From assembly GCA_963695225.1 (NCBI GenBank), contig OY968762.1:1184001-1248000 (forward strand): a stretch of DNA of 64,000 nucleotides, written 5' to 3'. Positions within the stretch are counted from its first letter, which is position 1. Each line of letters starts with the position of its first letter. A model generated the notes under the pieces. It was not told the DNA's origin. It worked only from the letters and a program-made list of their open reading frames with translations, and searched no databases. A program made the translations under genes and the position numbers. Positions 19,878 to 29,804 of the stretch are shown here, in pieces. The stretch comes from Vulcanimicrobiota bacterium (GTDB lineage: Bacteria > Vulcanimicrobiota > Vulcanimicrobiia > Vulcanimicrobiales > Vulcanimicrobiaceae).

Positions 19878-21142
19878 TGGCGGGGAAGATCGCGAGCGAA
19901 AGCGCCGGCGAGCGCGCCGCCGCGCTCGCGCGGGATTTTCCGATCCTGCAGCATCCGACCTCGCGCGGGAAGCGCCTCGTTTACCTCGATTCGGCCGCGA
20001 CCTCGCAGAAGCCGAGAGCCGTCATCGACGCGCTCGTGCACTATTACGAGCACGACAACGCGAACATCCACCGCGGCGTCTACGAGCTCGCGCAGCGCGC
20101 GACCGATGCGTTCGAGGGCGCGCGCGCGAAGGTCGCGCGCTTCGTGAACGCGGCCGAACCGGCGGAGATCGTCTTCACGCGCAACGCGACCGAGGCGATC
20201 AACCTCGTCGGCTACTCCTGGGGGACCCGGAACCTCGGCCCCGGAGACGCGATCCTCTGCTCGCAGCTCGAGCACCATTCGAACCTCGTCCCCTGGCAGC
20301 TCCTGGCCGCGAAGACCGGTGCCGAGTTGCGCTACATCGAGGTCGACGAGCACGGCGTGCACCGCCTCGAGGATCTCGATGCGAAGCTGCGCGGCGTCAA
20401 GCTCGTCGCGCTCGCGCACGTCTCGAACGCGCTCGGGACGATCGCGCCGCTCGAAACGATCGTCCCGCTGGCACACGCGGCCGGGGCCGCCGTCCTGATC
20501 GACGGCGCTCAATCGACGCCGCACTTCGCCGTCGACGTCCGGAGGCTCGACGTCGACTTCTTCGCCGCGAGCGGGCACAAGATGTGCGGCCCGACCGGGA
20601 TCGGCTTCCTGTACGGCAAGCGCGAGCTCCTCGAAGCGATGCCGCCCTTCCTCGTCGGCGGCGACATGATTCGCACCGTCACCTACGAAACGACGACGTT
20701 CAACGAGCTGCCCTGGAAGTTCGAGGCCGGGACGAGCGCGATCGCCGAGGCGATCGGCCTCGGAGCAGCCGTCGACTATTTGGAAGCGGTCGGACTCGAT
20801 TGGATCTCGGCACACGAGCGCGCGCTCACCCGCTACGCGCTCGAGCGCTTGACGGAGCTGCTCCCGCGCGGGCTCGAGATCTACGGGCCACGCGACCCCG
20901 CCCTGCGCTCGGGCGTCATTTCGTTCAACTTCGCCGACGTCCACCCGCACGATCTCGCTTCGATCCTCGACACCGAGGGCGTGTGCGTGCGGGCCGGACA
21001 CCACTGCACGATGCCGCTGATGGAAATGATGGGCTGGCCCGCAACTACCCGGGCGTCGTTCTATCTCTACAATACCGAGGCCGACGTCGACGCCCTGATC
21101 GAGGCGTTGGCGAAAGCCGCCCGCCTGTTCAGGCTCGCGTAA
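19877..21142 (+). CDS. sufS: Cysteine desulfurase SufS
   Basis: YLDSAATSQKP, SGHKM (PLP Lys), RAGHHC. Confidence 0.96.
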   Translation: MAGKIASESAGERAAALARDFPILQHPTSRGKRLVYLDSAATSQKPRAVIDALVHYYEHDNANIHRGVYELAQRATDAFEGARAKVARFVNAAEPAEIVFTRNATEAINLVGYSWGTRNLGPGDAILCSQLEHHSNLVPWQLLAAKTGAELRYIEVDEHGVHRLEDLDAKLRGVKLVALAHVSNALGTIAPLETIVPLAHAAGAAVLIDGAQSTPHFAVDVRRLDVDFFAASGHKMCGPTGIGFLYGKRELLEAMPPFLVGGDMIRTVTYETTTFNELPWKFEAGTSAIAEAIGLGAAVDYLEAVGLDWISAHERALTRYALERLTELLPRGLEIYGPRDPALRSGVISFNFADVHPHDLASILDTEGVCVRAGHHCTMPLMEMMGWPATTRASFYLYNTEADVDALIEALAKAARLFRLA

Positions 21143-21198
21143 CAAAAGGCGAAAGGTCCGCCGGCCGCTCGACCGAATCGGAATCCCCCCAAAGCACT

Positions 21199-21600
21199 AT
21201 GGACGACTTCTACAAAGAGTACATCCTCGACCACTACCGCAATCCCCGGAACTTCGGGCATCTCGAAGCGCCGGACGCCGTCGCGGAGGATCTCAATCCG
21301 CTCTGCGGCGACCGTCTCTGCTTCGAGCTGAAGGTCGAGGGCGGCTGCGTGGCCGACGTGCGCTTCACCGGGAGGGGCTGCGCGATCAGCCAGGCCTCCG
21401 CTTCGATGCTCAGCGAATCGCTCCGCGGCAGGTCGCTGGAGGACGTCGTCCGCCTACCGGTCGCCACGGTCCTCGAAAACGTCGGGATCGGGATCACGCC
21501 GGCGCGCATGAAGTGCGCGACGCTCTGCCTGAAGGTCGTCAAGAGTGCGGCGCTCGGCGAGATCGCGAGCTGGCCCGAAGGCGAAGCTAGCGAGGCGTAG
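21199..21600 (+). CDS. sufU: SufU/IscU-type sulfur-transfer or scaffold protein
   Basis: ILDHYRNPRN, NPLCGD, GCAISQASAS, RMKCATL. Confidence 0.9.
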   Translation: MDDFYKEYILDHYRNPRNFGHLEAPDAVAEDLNPLCGDRLCFELKVEGGCVADVRFTGRGCAISQASASMLSESLRGRSLEDVVRLPVATVLENVGIGITPARMKCATLCLKVVKSAALGEIASWPEGEASEA

Positions 21601-21612
21601 AACCCGCCCGCC

Positions 21613-23835
21613 ATGCTTGCGCGGGCGTACCGGGTTTTCGTCGCGAGCGCCTTCTTCGCGCTCGCGCTCTCGCTCGCGGCAGCAGCTTCGGATGCGCTCG
21701 CGGTCGTCGACGAGTCGGGCGCCGCGATCCGCGGCGCCGAAATCGAACTCCGCGATTCCACGGGGACGCACCAGCTCGGGCGGACGGACGCGGCCGGGCG
21801 CGTGGCCCTCCCCGAGGGCTTGGCGGGGGAGATCGTCGTACGCGCCCGAGGTTACGAGGATCTCCGTTTCCCGGCAGGCGAGCGGCCGGCGAGGATCGTC
21901 CTGACCCGGGCGCTCCCCACGGTCGGGAACGTGAGCGTCGCGACGGGGGCAAACGAAAGCCTCCACCGGCTCCCCGTCGCCGCTTCGAACCTCGATAGGC
22001 GCACGCTCGCGCTCAGCCCCGCGTCGACGTCGGACGGAGTCCTGCGTTCGCTCGCCGGGAACGACCGGACCCGCAGCAACAGTGCCTTCACGGCCTACGG
22101 CCAGCTCCGCCTCTCCTTCTCCGGCGCGGGGACCGACCGCGGCTCGATGTTCGTGGACGGCGTTCCGGCCCAGGACGGCTTCGGCGGCCAAGTCGATTGG
22201 GCAGCCTACCCCGTTTCCGAACTTTCGCGCGTCGAGCTCCTGCGCGACGGCGGCTCGGCGCTCTACGGGTCGGGCGGGATCGGCGGCGTGCTCGCCGCGC
22301 AAACCTTCGGGCCCTCCGACCCGGCGGCCGCGCCGAACGGCTCGCTCGACCTGGCGTACGGCAACCACTTCGCCCGCTCCGGGGCGCTGCGCTGGCGCGG
22401 GCCGCTCGGGCCGCGCCTGGCCGCATCGTTCGCGAGCGACCTGGGGACGATCTCCGCCTTCCAACTCCCGCCCGGCCACCAGACGCCGCTCGACACGGAC
22501 GCGACCTCGACGTTCGTGACGACACGGCTGCGGACGAAGTACGCCGGCGAGCGCTCGAGCTTCGAGGCCGGCCTGTTGGATTCGTACGACCGGCAAGCGC
22601 AAGGGCGTCCCAACTACGGCTTCGACCGGCGCCTCGACCAGGTCGACGCGCGTTTCGAACGGCCTGCCGGCGACGGGCTGTTCGCGCTCTCCGGCTTCGC
22701 CCGCTCGTGGCACGTCATGAACCTAGCGGACCAAGCTCCCGCGAAGCCCGGCGTCGTGCTCTACCGGCAAGAGGTGCCCTCGAACGACCTCGGAGCCGCC
22801 GTAGCTTGGCGGCAGGGCGATCTCGACCTCGAAGGCGACGTGCGTTCCGTCGACGGAAGCGCCGGCCAGACCGGCCCGACCGGGTTGCCGCAGAGTTCGG
22901 CTTCCGGGCGACAAACCGACGCGGGCTTCGGGCTCCAGGAACGCGTGCGCGGCCCGAGGCTCGAAGCGATCGCCGGAGCGCGGCTCGATGCGATCGTCTC
23001 GCGCGGCAGCTCGACGAGCTTCGCCTCCCCGGCGCCGACGACCGCGGCGATCTCCTCGGAGTACGCGAGCGCGTTCTCGCCGCGGCTGGCGGTGCGCTAC
23101 GACCTCTCGCCGAACGCTGCGCTCCGGGCCTCGGCCTCCGGGGGGTTCCGGGCTCCCTTCCTCAACGAGCTCCTGCGCTCGTACACGATCTCGGGGATCC
23201 GCTACCAGGGGAATCCCGCCTTGACGCCCGAGCACAGCCGGACCCTCGATGCGGGGCTCGACCTCGTGAGCCCGGGGGCGCGCCTGTCCCTCGGGTTCGC
23301 GCATACGGTCGTTTCGAACGCGATCGCATTCGTCACGCTCTCGCCGACGGTGCAGCAGCGCTCGAACCTCTCGCAGACGCAGACGGACGGCGTGACGCTC
23401 GACGCCGTTCGCTCGCTCGGCGCCTGTTCGAGACTCCGGGCCAGTGCGGTCGCCCAGTATGCCCGAGTGACGAACGGCTCCACCGGCAACCTTGGAAAGC
23501 GGCTCGCGTACGTCCCGCAACAATCGGCCTCGCTCGGCTACGAGGGGCGGCTCGGAGCCGGCGGGATGGGGCTCTCGCTCGCCTACCTCGGCCCGACCTA
23601 TGCCGACGATCTCAATCTGGACCCGCTCGGCGCGGCGCTCGTAGCCGGAATCCGCCTCTCGGCCCCGCTCGCGGGGGGCGCGAGCCTGACGTTGAGCGCG
23701 GAGAACCTCGCCGACCGCCTCTACCGCTCGACCTCCGATCGCCTGGGGCCGCCGGCGGCCGTCTCGCTCCGCTGGCGCGTCCCGCTCGGTGCGGCCGCGG
23801 CGCCCTCGCCGCCGGGGGAGTGCCTCCTGCCGTAA
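21613..23835 (+). CDS. TonB-dependent receptor
   Basis: Signal peptide; plug (VDGVP, RVELLRDGGSALYGSGGIGGV); FRAPFLNEL, GNPALTPE, ENLADRLY. Confidence 0.88.
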   Translation: MLARAYRVFVASAFFALALSLAAAASDALAVVDESGAAIRGAEIELRDSTGTHQLGRTDAAGRVALPEGLAGEIVVRARGYEDLRFPAGERPARIVLTRALPTVGNVSVATGANESLHRLPVAASNLDRRTLALSPASTSDGVLRSLAGNDRTRSNSAFTAYGQLRLSFSGAGTDRGSMFVDGVPAQDGFGGQVDWAAYPVSELSRVELLRDGGSALYGSGGIGGVLAAQTFGPSDPAAAPNGSLDLAYGNHFARSGALRWRGPLGPRLAASFASDLGTISAFQLPPGHQTPLDTDATSTFVTTRLRTKYAGERSSFEAGLLDSYDRQAQGRPNYGFDRRLDQVDARFERPAGDGLFALSGFARSWHVMNLADQAPAKPGVVLYRQEVPSNDLGAAVAWRQGDLDLEGDVRSVDGSAGQTGPTGLPQSSASGRQTDAGFGLQERVRGPRLEAIAGARLDAIVSRGSSTSFASPAPTTAAISSEYASAFSPRLAVRYDLSPNAALRASASGGFRAPFLNELLRSYTISGIRYQGNPALTPEHSRTLDAGLDLVSPGARLSLGFAHTVVSNAIAFVTLSPTVQQRSNLSQTQTDGVTLDAVRSLGACSRLRASAVAQYARVTNGSTGNLGKRLAYVPQQSASLGYEGRLGAGGMGLSLAYLGPTYADDLNLDPLGAALVAGIRLSAPLAGGASLTLSAENLADRLYRSTSDRLGPPAAVSLRWRVPLGAAAAPSPPGECLLP

Positions 23836-23848
23836 CCGGCTGCGGGCG

Positions 23849-24298
23849 CTAGATGCTGCGGCGCCCCTCGACGCAGACGCTCTGCACGTCGAACGCCGTC
23901 AATTCGATCCAGCGCTCGCCGCCGCGCTCCCGGACGAGCAGGTAGAGCGGGCGCGTCGCCGCGCCTTCCGGCGCGTCGATCGCGACGACCTTGCGGACCC
24001 GGACGTAGTCGTCCGCCTCACCAAGCTCCCGCGCCGTCTTCGGGAGGCGCAGCCGCTCGTCGTCCCACGCTCCGATCGCCCCGCCCTCGCGCGCGAGCCG
24101 CAGCCTCAACGCGGCCCCCTTCGGCGGCGGCGTCACGGCGAGCTTATCGTTCGTGGAGGTCATGATGCTCTGCAAGGCAGTGATGCGGACTTGTTTCTGC
24201 CCGCAGAAGGATTCGATGCCCGAGGGCGGCGCGAGCGGATGCTCGGCCCGCGCGCATGCCGCCAGCGCAAGAGCCGCCGCGGCGGCCACGACCCTCAT
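23849..24298 (-). CDS. Putative lipoprotein
   Basis: Lipobox LALAAC; ATGA overlap with the upstream gene; paired Cys. Confidence 0.7.
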   Translation of the reverse strand: MRVVAAAAALALAACARAEHPLAPPSGIESFCGQKQVRITALQSIMTSTNDKLAVTPPPKGAALRLRLAREGGAIGAWDDERLRLPKTARELGEADDYVRVRKVVAIDAPEGAATRPLYLLVRERGGERWIELTAFDVQSVCVEGRRSI

Positions 24299-24750
24299 CC
24301 CGGCGCCTGTTTGGGGGGCCGGACGTAATTCCCCGTATGGTGGGCGATCAGCCGGCCGTCGTCCCCGGCGGAATTCGCGACGCCGTAGATGACCGATTCG
24401 CCGAACGAGAGGACGCGCGCGGTCGTGACGATGTCCTCGTTGCGCGCGCCTCGCACGAAGCTCGTCGCAAGGTCGATCGTTACCGAGCGGTCGGCATCTT
24501 TGCCGAGCCGCGTCATTACCGCGAACCAGATCGCGAGATCGGCCGCCGCGAGCGTGACGATGCCCGTGACGACGCCGCCCGGCCGCTCGAAGCGCTGCTG
24601 GAAGGGGAAACGCAAGGCGCACGCGCCGTCTTCGAGCGCTTCGAGCGCGAAGCCGAACCCCTGAAGGAACTCCGATTCTGCGAGGATTCTCCGGATTTCG
24701 TCCGGCGTGACCGCCAAGCTCACGCGCGGCGCTCCCGCGGGATACGGCAC
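24295..24750 (-). CDS. PaaI family (hotdog-fold) thioesterase
   Basis: PGGVVTGIVTLAAADLA, VTIDLATSFVRG; start uncertain. Confidence 0.8.
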   Translation of the reverse strand: MPYPAGAPRVSLAVTPDEIRRILAESEFLQGFGFALEALEDGACALRFPFQQRFERPGGVVTGIVTLAAADLAIWFAVMTRLGKDADRSVTIDLATSFVRGARNEDIVTTARVLSFGESVIYGVANSAGDDGRLIAHHTGNYVRPPKQAPG

Positions 24751-24942
24751 GCTCGGGGGAAGAGCGAGAAAATTGAGAGGTTGTGCGCGACGTTTGTCAT
24801 AGAAAAAAGCTCCGAAATGAGGAGGGAATCGCCCGACTTCGGGTAACGAAATCGCGTTTCACAACGGCCGGTCCGGCCAGAAGATAGCAACGTCCTGCAA
24901 GACCCCGGAACCGAGCTCTCCCGTGCATTAGCGAAGGAGCCC

Positions 24943-26196
24943 ATGAATACGTCTTCTTGTAAACCTACTCGCGGTCAATTCATCGCCGGTACCGCAGCGG
25001 CCGCGGCGTCGACGTTCGCAAGCGTCAACGTCATCGCCGCCCCGGCGAAAGAAATCGTGATCGGCTTGAACGTCCCTCAATCGGGCCCTTACTCGGATCA
25101 GGGAACCGATCAGCTTCGAGCCTACAACCTGGCGATCGACGAAATCAACAAGGCCGGCGGCGTGATGGGGATGCCCATCCGTGCGGTCGTCGGCGACGAC
25201 GAGACGAAGGCCCCCGTCGCGGTAGCGAACGCGCGGCGCATGATCGAGCGCGACGGCGCCGTCATGATCACCGGCGGATCGAGCACGGGGACCGCGGTTG
25301 CGGTCTCGGGCCTCTGCCAAGAGAAGAAAACGATCTTCATGGCGACGCTGACGCACGGCGACGAGACGACCGATACGAGCTGCCACCGCCACACGTTCCG
25401 TCGCTACAACAACGCGCGCATGTCGGCCCACTCGATGGCACGAACGCTCACGACGAAGTACGGCACCGGAAAGTGGTTCTACATCACGGCCGACTACACG
25501 TGGGGGCACAGCGTCTACGACAACCTCACCGAAGTCCTCGAAGCGAAGGGCGCGAAGACCGTCAAGAACATCCTGGTCCCGCTCGGCACGACGGATTTCT
25601 CCTCGCAACTCGGCCAGGCGCAGGCCGCCAAGCCCGACGTGCTCGTCCTGATCGAGTTCGGCAAGGACATGGTCAACTCGCTCAATCAAGCGGCTCAGTT
25701 TGGCCTGACGAAGTCGACCAAGATCCTCGTCCCGCTCGCCGACGAATACATGGCGAAGGGCGCCGGCGACAACTTCGACAACGTGGTTACGACCGCTCCG
25801 TTCTACTGGAAATACCATGCCGAGAAGTACCCCGCCGCGAAGAAGTTCGTGAACGCCTTCCAGGCCAAGTACGGCGTCCCGCCCTCGAACGGCGCGGAAT
25901 GCGCGTACACGAACATCTATCAGTGGAAGGGCGGCATCGAACGCGCCGGCGGCCTCGATCCGGAAAAGTTCATCGGAAAGATGGAAGGGTTCAAGTTCCA
26001 GGCGACCAAGGAGCCGGGCGAGTACTGGCGCGCGTTCGATCATCAGGGGATCAATAGCTGCCTCGTACTCGAGGGGCTCTCGGTAGCGGAGCGCGCGGGC
26101 GATACGTTCTCGTACGCCAAGGTGCTCGAAGTCCACAACGGGGAAGACGTCGCGATCCCGCAAGCCGCCTCGAAGTGTAAGCTCGAACCCGCATAA
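24943..26196 (+). CDS. Liv-type ABC transporter substrate-binding protein
   Basis: Tat-like leader; GLNVPQSGPY, AIDEINKAGG, ADYTWG; RBS AAGGAG. Confidence 0.9.
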   Translation: MNTSSCKPTRGQFIAGTAAAAASTFASVNVIAAPAKEIVIGLNVPQSGPYSDQGTDQLRAYNLAIDEINKAGGVMGMPIRAVVGDDETKAPVAVANARRMIERDGAVMITGGSSTGTAVAVSGLCQEKKTIFMATLTHGDETTDTSCHRHTFRRYNNARMSAHSMARTLTTKYGTGKWFYITADYTWGHSVYDNLTEVLEAKGAKTVKNILVPLGTTDFSSQLGQAQAAKPDVLVLIEFGKDMVNSLNQAAQFGLTKSTKILVPLADEYMAKGAGDNFDNVVTTAPFYWKYHAEKYPAAKKFVNAFQAKYGVPPSNGAECAYTNIYQWKGGIERAGGLDPEKFIGKMEGFKFQATKEPGEYWRAFDHQGINSCLVLEGLSVAERAGDTFSYAKVLEVHNGEDVAIPQAASKCKLEPA

Positions 26197-26216
26197 CCGG
26201 TTTTCGTCGCGCAAAG

Positions 26217-26260
26217 GGGGCCGGTTTCTCCCCCGCGAGAAACCGGCCCCACTGTTTTTC
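26217..26260 (+). terminator. Intra-operon hairpin with T-tract after the SBP gene
   Basis: GGGGCCGGTTTCTC-CCCCGC-GAGAAACCGGCCCC followed by ACTGTTTTT. Confidence 0.7.
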
Positions 26261-26264
26261 TTGA

Positions 26265-27149
26265 TTGGAAAGTACCACCATCGAAGCGCTGTACGGACAA
26301 CTCCTCGACGGCTTCATCAAGGGGCTCATCTACGTTGCCATCGCGATCGGGCTCACGATCGTCTTCGGGATGCTGCGGCTCGTCAACTTCGCGCACGGCG
26401 CATTCTACGCAGTCGGAGCCTACGTCGGATTGGTCGTGGCGGAACGCGCCGGGATCGTCGCCGGCCTGATCGCGGCTCCGATCGCCGTCGCCCTCTTCGC
26501 CGTCCTCCTGGATCGCGTGGTCTTGCGCCTGTTCTACAACAAAGAACCGACGTCGCAGATCCTCGTCACGTTCGGCATCGCCCTGGTCGTCGAAGAGTCG
26601 CTCCGCCTGATCTTCGGGGGTACTACCCGAAGCTATCCCGTTCCGCCGGCCCTGATGGGCTCGGTTTCCCTCGGCTTCACGCAATACCCCAGTTATCGCC
26701 TGGCGTTCGCGGCCGGGATCATCTTGCTGATCGTCGCCGTATGGCTCTTCATAGAGAGGACCGATTACGGCCTGATCGTGCGTGCGGGGATCCGGGACCG
26801 CACGATGGTGCAACTCCTCGGCGGGAACATCCGGCAAGCGTCGACCATCATCTTCGCGCTCGGCGCGGCGCTCGCCGGGTTCGTCGGCGCCGCAGCCAGC
26901 CCGATCTTCAGCGTCGACCCGAACACCGGGTTCAACTTCCTCATCCCGTCGTTCGTCGTGGTCGTGATCGGGGGCCTCGGCAGCTTCTGGGGCGCGGTCC
27001 TCGGCGGTTTGCTGGTCGGCGAGTTACAGAGCCTGACCACGCTCGTGCGCCCCGAGGCGAGCGACGTCATCATCTATATAGCAATGGCCCTGGTCCTGAT
27101 GTTCCGGCCGTCCGGCCTCCTCGGTGAGAGCGAGGTCATCCGCGGATGA
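26265..27149 (+). CDS. Branched-chain amino acid-type ABC permease (LivH-like)
   Basis: GLTIVFG, VNFAHG, VVIGGLGS. Confidence 0.92.
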   Translation: MESTTIEALYGQLLDGFIKGLIYVAIAIGLTIVFGMLRLVNFAHGAFYAVGAYVGLVVAERAGIVAGLIAAPIAVALFAVLLDRVVLRLFYNKEPTSQILVTFGIALVVEESLRLIFGGTTRSYPVPPALMGSVSLGFTQYPSYRLAFAAGIILLIVAVWLFIERTDYGLIVRAGIRDRTMVQLLGGNIRQASTIIFALGAALAGFVGAAASPIFSVDPNTGFNFLIPSFVVVVIGGLGSFWGAVLGGLLVGELQSLTTLVRPEASDVIIYIAMALVLMFRPSGLLGESEVIRG

Positions 27150-28216
27150 GCCGCGAGCTTCGTTTCTACGCGCTGACCGCGATCGCGCTGGCGGTCTTCC
27201 CGGTCCTCATCCACCCGATCAAAGGCTATCCGGGCCTCGCGACCCAGATCCTGATCGTCGGGATCGGCGCGATGGGCTTCAACCTCTTGCTCGGCTACGC
27301 GGGCCTGCTCTCGTACGGCCAGGCGATGTTCTTCGGCATCGGGTCGTACGTCGCGCTCCTGACCGTCTCGAAGTTCTTCCCCGACCACCCGAGCTTCTGG
27401 CTCGCGATCCTGCTCGCGGTCGTCTTCGTGACGCTGATGGCGTTCCTGATCGGGCTGCTGGTCGTGCGATTGTACGGCATCTACTTCTCCCTGTTGACGC
27501 TCGCGTTCGCGCAGATGTTCTTCTTCCTGGTGTTCCAATGGCGCGATCTCACGCACGGCGACGATGGACTGCAGGGGATCGGCGCCCCGCCGCTCTGGCT
27601 CGGCCCGCTCGGATCGTTCGATCTCTCGGCTGCGCTTCCGGCGTTCGATCTGGGGCCCTTCGGGAACCTGAGCGACGTCCATTGGTGGTACCCGTTCGTC
27701 GCGGTCGTCATGCTGCTGGTGATCGCGTTCATGCGGACGCTGACCCGCTCGCAGTTCGGCGAAGTCCTCGACGCGATCCGGGAGAACGAGGAGCGCAGCA
27801 CGTTCATCGGTTTCGATCCGCGCAGCTACAAGCTCGCGGCGTTCGTGATCGCCGGCGCCCTCACCGGACTTTCGGGCGCTCTCAAGGGACTCTACGAAAC
27901 GTCCACCTCGGTCGAGACGCTCAACATCGAACAGAGCGGCAACTTCGTGATCTACACGGTCGTCGGCGGCGTGCAGACGCTCTTCGGGCCGCTCGTCGGA
28001 ACCGCGGCGATCATGTACCTGCAGAATGTGGTCAGCGGCATCACCGAGGCTTGGCGCCTGATCGAAGGGCTCGTCTTCGTCGCGGTGATCGTTTTCCTCC
28101 CCTCCGGCATCCTCGGCATTCTCCAACGTCGCAAGAAGAAGTTTCCCCTCGGCGCCGCGCTTGCGCCGAAGAAGGTTCTCGAACCGGCGAGCGCTCCGAG
28201 AAAGGCCGCGCCATGA
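27146..28216 (+). CDS. Branched-chain amino acid-type ABC permease (LivM-like)
   Basis: GYAGLLSYGQ, AIRENEER, VVGG. Confidence 0.92.
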   Translation: MSRELRFYALTAIALAVFPVLIHPIKGYPGLATQILIVGIGAMGFNLLLGYAGLLSYGQAMFFGIGSYVALLTVSKFFPDHPSFWLAILLAVVFVTLMAFLIGLLVVRLYGIYFSLLTLAFAQMFFFLVFQWRDLTHGDDGLQGIGAPPLWLGPLGSFDLSAALPAFDLGPFGNLSDVHWWYPFVAVVMLLVIAFMRTLTRSQFGEVLDAIRENEERSTFIGFDPRSYKLAAFVIAGALTGLSGALKGLYETSTSVETLNIEQSGNFVIYTVVGGVQTLFGPLVGTAAIMYLQNVVSGITEAWRLIEGLVFVAVIVFLPSGILGILQRRKKKFPLGAALAPKKVLEPASAPRKAAP

Positions 28217-29013
28217 CGACCGGCGAGCCGATCCTCTCCACCAAGAATCTCGGCAAGTTCTTCGGGCATTTCGCCGCGAACAGCGAGATCGATTTCTCCG
28301 TCCGCGCGGGCGAACTTCGCGCGGTGATCGGCCCGAACGGGGCCGGGAAGACGACCTTTTTCAATATGCTCGCCGGAACGACGACGGCGACGACGGGCGA
28401 GATCCGCTTCAAGGGGACGCCGATCACGCACGTCGCCGGGCCGAAGCGCGTCGCGATCGGAATCGCGAAGGCGTTCCAGACCGCGAACATCTATCCCGAC
28501 CAGACCGTCTTCCAGAACTGCCGGCTGGCGGCGCTGGCGAAGACGCAGGGCCTCTTCTCGCTCGAACTCTTTCGGCGCTCGAAGCGCCTCGCCAGCGTCG
28601 ACGAGCTCGCCGAGGAGGGGCTCGCGGCCGTCGACCTCGCGGGCCTCGCCGACGAACGCGCGGGCGACCTCTCGCACGGCGACAAGAAGCGCCTCGACAT
28701 CGCGGTCGCACTCGCGACGAAGCCGGAGATCCTGCTCCTGGACGAACCGGTCGCCGGGATGTCGATCGAAGAAGTGCAGAAGACCGACCGCCTGATCCGC
28801 GCCCTCGCGAAGCGGATGACCGTGCTCATCATCGAGCACGATATGGACATGATCATGGGCATCTCCGATTCGATCACGGTGCTGCATCAAGGGAAGGTCC
28901 TCGCCCAGGGGACGCCCGCCGAGATCCGCGCCAGCAGCAGGGTTCAGGAAGCATACCTCGGCGGGCACACCGAGGGGACGGGGAACGCCGCACTCAGCTC
29001 GGAGGGGCACTGA
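28213..29013 (+). CDS. ABC ATP-binding protein (LivG-like)
   Basis: GPNGAGKTT, LSHGD, LLDEP, IEHDM, VQEAYLG. Confidence 0.93.
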   Translation: MTTGEPILSTKNLGKFFGHFAANSEIDFSVRAGELRAVIGPNGAGKTTFFNMLAGTTTATTGEIRFKGTPITHVAGPKRVAIGIAKAFQTANIYPDQTVFQNCRLAALAKTQGLFSLELFRRSKRLASVDELAEEGLAAVDLAGLADERAGDLSHGDKKRLDIAVALATKPEILLLDEPVAGMSIEEVQKTDRLIRALAKRMTVLIIEHDMDMIMGISDSITVLHQGKVLAQGTPAEIRASSRVQEAYLGGHTEGTGNAALSSEGH

Positions 29014-29735
29014 TGACGACCGCCGTCGCCGCCGCGGAACTGCTGCGCGTCGAGAACCTGAACACGTACTACGGCGATAGCCACATCCTCAAGGATCTGA
29101 GCCTCTCGATCCGGCAGGGCGAGACGGTCGCGCTTCTCGGACGCAACGGCGTCGGGAAGACCACGACGCTCAAGAGCATCGTCGGCTGGGTCCCGCCGCG
29201 GACCGGACGCGTGACGTTCGCCGGGCAGCAAGTCGCCGGCATGGAGATGATGAAGATCGCTCGGCTCGGGATCTCGCTCGTCCCCGAAGAGCGCCGCATC
29301 TTCACGAACCTGACGGTCGCCGAGAACATCAAGATCGCGCAGGTGACCGCGCAACGCCCGGGCTGGTCCCTCGAAGACGTCTACACGCACTTCCCACGGC
29401 TCAAAGAGCGCTCGGCGAACAAGGGCGACGAAATCTCCGGCGGGGAGAAGCAGATGCTGGCGATCGCGCGCGCGCTCGTGCAGGATACCAAGCTGCTCCT
29501 CCTCGACGAACCGACGGAAGGGCTCGCCCCGCTGATCGTCCGCGACGTCGAGAAGATCATCCGAGAGATCAAGGCCGCGGGGATGACGATCCTGCTCGTC
29601 GAGCAGAACTTCTACTCGGCGCTGAGCGTCGCGGACCGTTGCTACGTCATCGACCAAGGGACGATGCGCTTCGAGGGGACGCCGGACGAACTGCGCGGCA
29701 ACGCGGACGTCCTCAAGCGCTACCTCCACGTCTAA
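29013..29735 (+). CDS. ABC ATP-binding protein (LivF-like)
   Basis: GRNGVGKTT, ISGGEKQM, LDEPTEGLAP, VEQN. Confidence 0.93.
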   Translation: MTTAVAAAELLRVENLNTYYGDSHILKDLSLSIRQGETVALLGRNGVGKTTTLKSIVGWVPPRTGRVTFAGQQVAGMEMMKIARLGISLVPEERRIFTNLTVAENIKIAQVTAQRPGWSLEDVYTHFPRLKERSANKGDEISGGEKQMLAIARALVQDTKLLLLDEPTEGLAPLIVRDVEKIIREIKAAGMTILLVEQNFYSALSVADRCYVIDQGTMRFEGTPDELRGNADVLKRYLHV

Positions 29736-29747
29736 GCCGGCAAGCGC

Positions 29748-29789
29748 ACGAGCAGCCCGCCGGCGCCTCCGCGCGGGCGGGCTGCTCGT
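29748..29789. terminator. 14-bp stem hairpin between convergent livF-like gene and acs
   Basis: ACGAGCAGCCCGCC...GGCGGGCTGCTCGT. Confidence 0.65.
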
Positions 29790-29804
29790 TGCAGCGGGCG
29801 GGCG

